Shown here: positions 62,937 through 64,000 of the stretch, in pieces | Numbering within the stretch: the stretch's first letter is position 1 | How the letters are laid out: each line of letters begins with the position of its first letter | Assembly: GCF_036588685.1 (NCBI RefSeq) | Contig: NC_086378.1 | Span: 15,438,001-15,502,000 of the forward strand | Length of the DNA stretch: 64,000 nt | Reading direction: 5' to 3' | DNA from: Mytilus trossulus | Lineage: Eukaryota | Position numbers and translations under genes: made by a program | The notes under the pieces: model-generated | Databases searched by the model: none | What the model was told of the DNA's origin: nothing | The model's input: only the letters and a program-made list of their open reading frames with translations

Positions 62937-64000
62937 AACTAGAGGCTCTAAAGAGCCTGTTTCGCTCATCATGGTCTATGTGCTTACCAACAAAAAAAAA
63001 GGACTCTTCATCATTGTAGATGAGAATATAAGACAAACAACTCTATTTTGTTTATCTTGTATAACTTATCTTTAAGTCTGTTCGGTATCTCTCTGTCTTC
63101 TTTACTTTCTGTCTATCTTTTTCAGTTTTTGCTCAAAATATAAAAGGGTAAACAAATCCTCAATTAAGGGCGACCATTCCTATTTAGAGTGACAGTTTAC
63201 TAACTATATCGGCAACACTTGCCGTGAATTTCAAATACATCTCGCTTTGCTTATCATTTTTGTGATTTAAAGCGTTTATTTACCTATTTTAATTTGAATC
63301 TTAGAAGTCATAATGGGGGAAAAAGTTACTCTCAATATCATAGTTTTCATGATAATAGTCGAAAATGGAAATAGAATAAAATTCAAAACAGTGTTGCTGT
63401 GGCCATTGAATGACGCATTAAATTCATCCACGCCAAAATAAAATATTTCAAAACAGATTCTTTTAAAGCTTTTTGAATATAAAGTTTAATTCTATGTATT
63501 GAAATGTGTAACAAGTGATTTTTTAAATCCCCACGTGAAGTCCTCTAATAGACTAAGTGAGCTTAAAATCATCGCCAATGACAAACAAGTTATAAGTAAT
63601 TTTTTCACTTCAATTAATAACAAACTTTTTACCGTCGACCACACTGTTATGATTTTGATTCTAAATGGAATAATTTGTCATTTATCGGCAATAACTCATA
63701 TGATATATAAAAGAAAGAACATAGTTTGTCTTTAAGTTTTTACGTATATTGACAACTTGTAGAGCTAATTAATCTGAACATTTGTGCTCCTTTCAGATTT
63801 TCTCTATTTATAACGGTTAACAAAATAATAGACAAAACTTGCATTTTACCCTATGTTCTATTTTTAGCCATGTCGTCCATGTTGATTGATAGGTCGGGTC
63901 ATACAACACATTTGTAAAACTAAATACTCAAATCATGATTGTGGCCAAGTTTTTTTTAAATGTGTCTCAGTGGTTTCAAAGGAGAAGATTTTTGTACAAG
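62937..64000 (-). mobile_element. Decayed second copy of the Helentron-like family, running off the window edge
   Basis: AACTAGAGGCTCTAAAGAGCCTGT.TCGCTCA at 62937 and GCATTTTACCCTATGTTCTATTTTTAGCC...GGAGAAGATTTTTGTA at 63840-63996 match 5384-7075. Confidence 0.7.

Overview
AT-rich, intron-containing animal genomic DNA, most likely from a bivalve mollusc such as a Mytilus mussel. That assignment is an inference from the repeat families and peptide genes. From left to right the window holds: (1) the 3' end of a defensin-like Cys-rich peptide gene; (2) a tandem cluster of three two-exon minus-strand genes for secreted precursors carrying five copies of a helix-CxxC-x9-11-C-x4-C module that I cannot assign to a known family, one copy apparently frameshifted; (3) a four-exon gene for a single-Ig-domain type I membrane protein; (4) in intron 2 of that gene, a 15.5-kb DNA transposon (33206-48721, TAC..GTA termini, 6-bp TSD, IS3EU-like) encoding an apparently intact DDE integrase and a disrupted SAM-HECT ubiquitin-ligase-like cargo gene, with further nested elements; (5) an intact ER-retained (HDEL) type-B carboxylesterase gene. 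Scattered throughout are ~350-bp tandem repeats carrying type I hammerhead ribozymes (retrozymes, two sub-families), Helentron-type elements, MITEs and SINE remnants. All gene models were spliced by eye and need RNA-seq confirmation.
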